From an uncultured Verrucomicrobiota bacterium (GTDB lineage Bacteria; Verrucomicrobiota; Verrucomicrobiia; Limisphaerales; UBA9464): 36,592 bases of DNA. Each line of letters opens with the position of its first letter. Position 1 is the stretch's first letter. The position numbers and the translations under genes are program-made. This document shows, one piece after another, positions 35,917-36,592 of this stretch. Where the stretch lies: NCBI GenBank assembly GCA_903925515.1, contig CAIYFP010000024.1:1-36592 (forward strand). Reading direction: 5' to 3'. Below the pieces are notes generated by a model. The model was not told where the DNA came from. It did not search any database and was given only the letters and a program-made list of their open reading frames with translations.

Positions 35917-36375
35917 CTAACTAGTCTTTTTCTTCTTTTTGGGCTTTTTTGCCTTGTCAAGCTCACCAATGATGCGCGCGACTTCTTCTTCGTAGGCCAG
36001 TTCTACCTTCTCATCCTCAGCGTTCATTACTTGCGTAGGTATCTCGATAGCTGCCGCAAGATCACGAACTAATTGAACGTGAGTCTCTTGAAGTCGCTGT
36101 GTGTCCTTCTGACCAGCACCGTCCGCAAGGACGATAATCCCAGGCAGGGTGGGGTTTGGCGCGAGGAGCACGATGCCTCTTGGCTCTTCGCGAACGGCAA
36201 TTATCGCGCCCTCAACTGGGATCCAAGCAACTTTGTCCTTGATTGCTTCCATCAGCAGTGTCTGGCGCTTCTTGAATTCTTTGCGGTCGCCAAACCATAC
36301 GCCTGCTTTGGCCTTGGAAGCGGGGGTGGTTACGGGGATCAAATGATCCGTTTTGAGTGGTCGTCTTTTCGGCAT
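35917..36375 (-). CDS. Hypothetical protein with basic N- and C-termini
   Basis: 152-aa ORF in lower-GC DNA, ATG start, plausible alpha/beta composition, KAKKPKKKKKTS tail. Confidence 0.75.
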   Translation of the reverse strand: MPKRRPLKTDHLIPVTTPASKAKAGVWFGDRKEFKKRQTLLMEAIKDKVAWIPVEGAIIAVREEPRGIVLLAPNPTLPGIIVLADGAGQKDTQRLQETHVQLVRDLAAAIEIPTQVMNAEDEKVELAYEEEVARIIGELDKAKKPKKKKKTS

Positions 36376-36455
36376 ACGTTGGACAATTTACTTGCGCTCA
36401 ACTGCGATTGGCAAGTTGATTTTTGGGAACGTGTTACGGATGGGCGCAGGACGAA

Positions 36456-36535
36456 TTGCGCCAGAATGTTTGTTACCGGCGGGGGTACTGGGCGAAGGGG
36501 GTGGAGGGATCGTTGCGCCAGAAGTCCTGTTACCG
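36456..36535. repeat. Direct repeat, 23 nt x2, 57-nt period
   Basis: ttgcgccagaa-tgtt-tgttaccg (36456-36478) and ttgcgccagaa-gtcc-tgttaccg (36513-36535), 19/23 identical. Confidence 0.75.
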
Positions 36536-36592
36536 TGGCCGGCATGGACGATTCAATGAGCACGGGAACACGCGAGGAGGTGTTGGGGAAAC

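Larger units (their letters stand above)
31800..36592. other. Lower-GC horizontally acquired island (continues beyond window)
   Basis: Abrupt compositional shift: hand counts 22/60 G+C at 34501-34560 and 33/60 at 33181-33240 versus 43/60 at 17701-17760; bordered by IS debris. Confidence 0.85.

Noticed and set aside
36545-36592. Minus-strand AACAC-CTCCTCGC-GTGTT resembling the P3/L3 of HDV-like ribozymes
   Set aside because: No matching GG/P4/J4-2/P2 elements downstream, and the upstream context is cut off by the window edge

Overview
About 31 kb of very GC-rich chromosomal DNA whose gene content (DUF1592/DUF1552 pair, GYF_2 and B-box membrane proteins, prepilin-like orphan) suggests a Verrucomicrobiota/PVC bacterium (inference). 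It is followed by a decayed, nested IS66 junction (~30.9-31.8 kb) and a clearly lower-GC island running to the window end. The backbone carries an MFS transporter, a cytochrome c/PA14/DUF1592 + DUF1552 pair, ftsB-like and glcD-like genes, a DCC oxidoreductase, a 10-gene zinc-finger/DUF4129/DUF4350/MoxR/DUF58/SpoIIM/RDD operon, a ~625-nt nested palindromic intergenic element, a YtrA-type GntR/ABC operon containing a beta-propeller and a pilin-like gene, and cutC + sxtK/I/J-like carbamoyltransferase genes. The best candidate for an undescribed system is the island. It has a basic orphan protein, then a 538-nt leader built from three degenerate ~166-nt-period units with a covarying hairpin (putative tandem structured-RNA array), then a tightly coupled operon of two radical SAM enzymes with complementary halves of the SPASM auxiliary-cluster motif, an aldo/keto reductase and a degenerate HIT-like protein. 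All calls are by motif recognition and hand alignment; no database search was possible.
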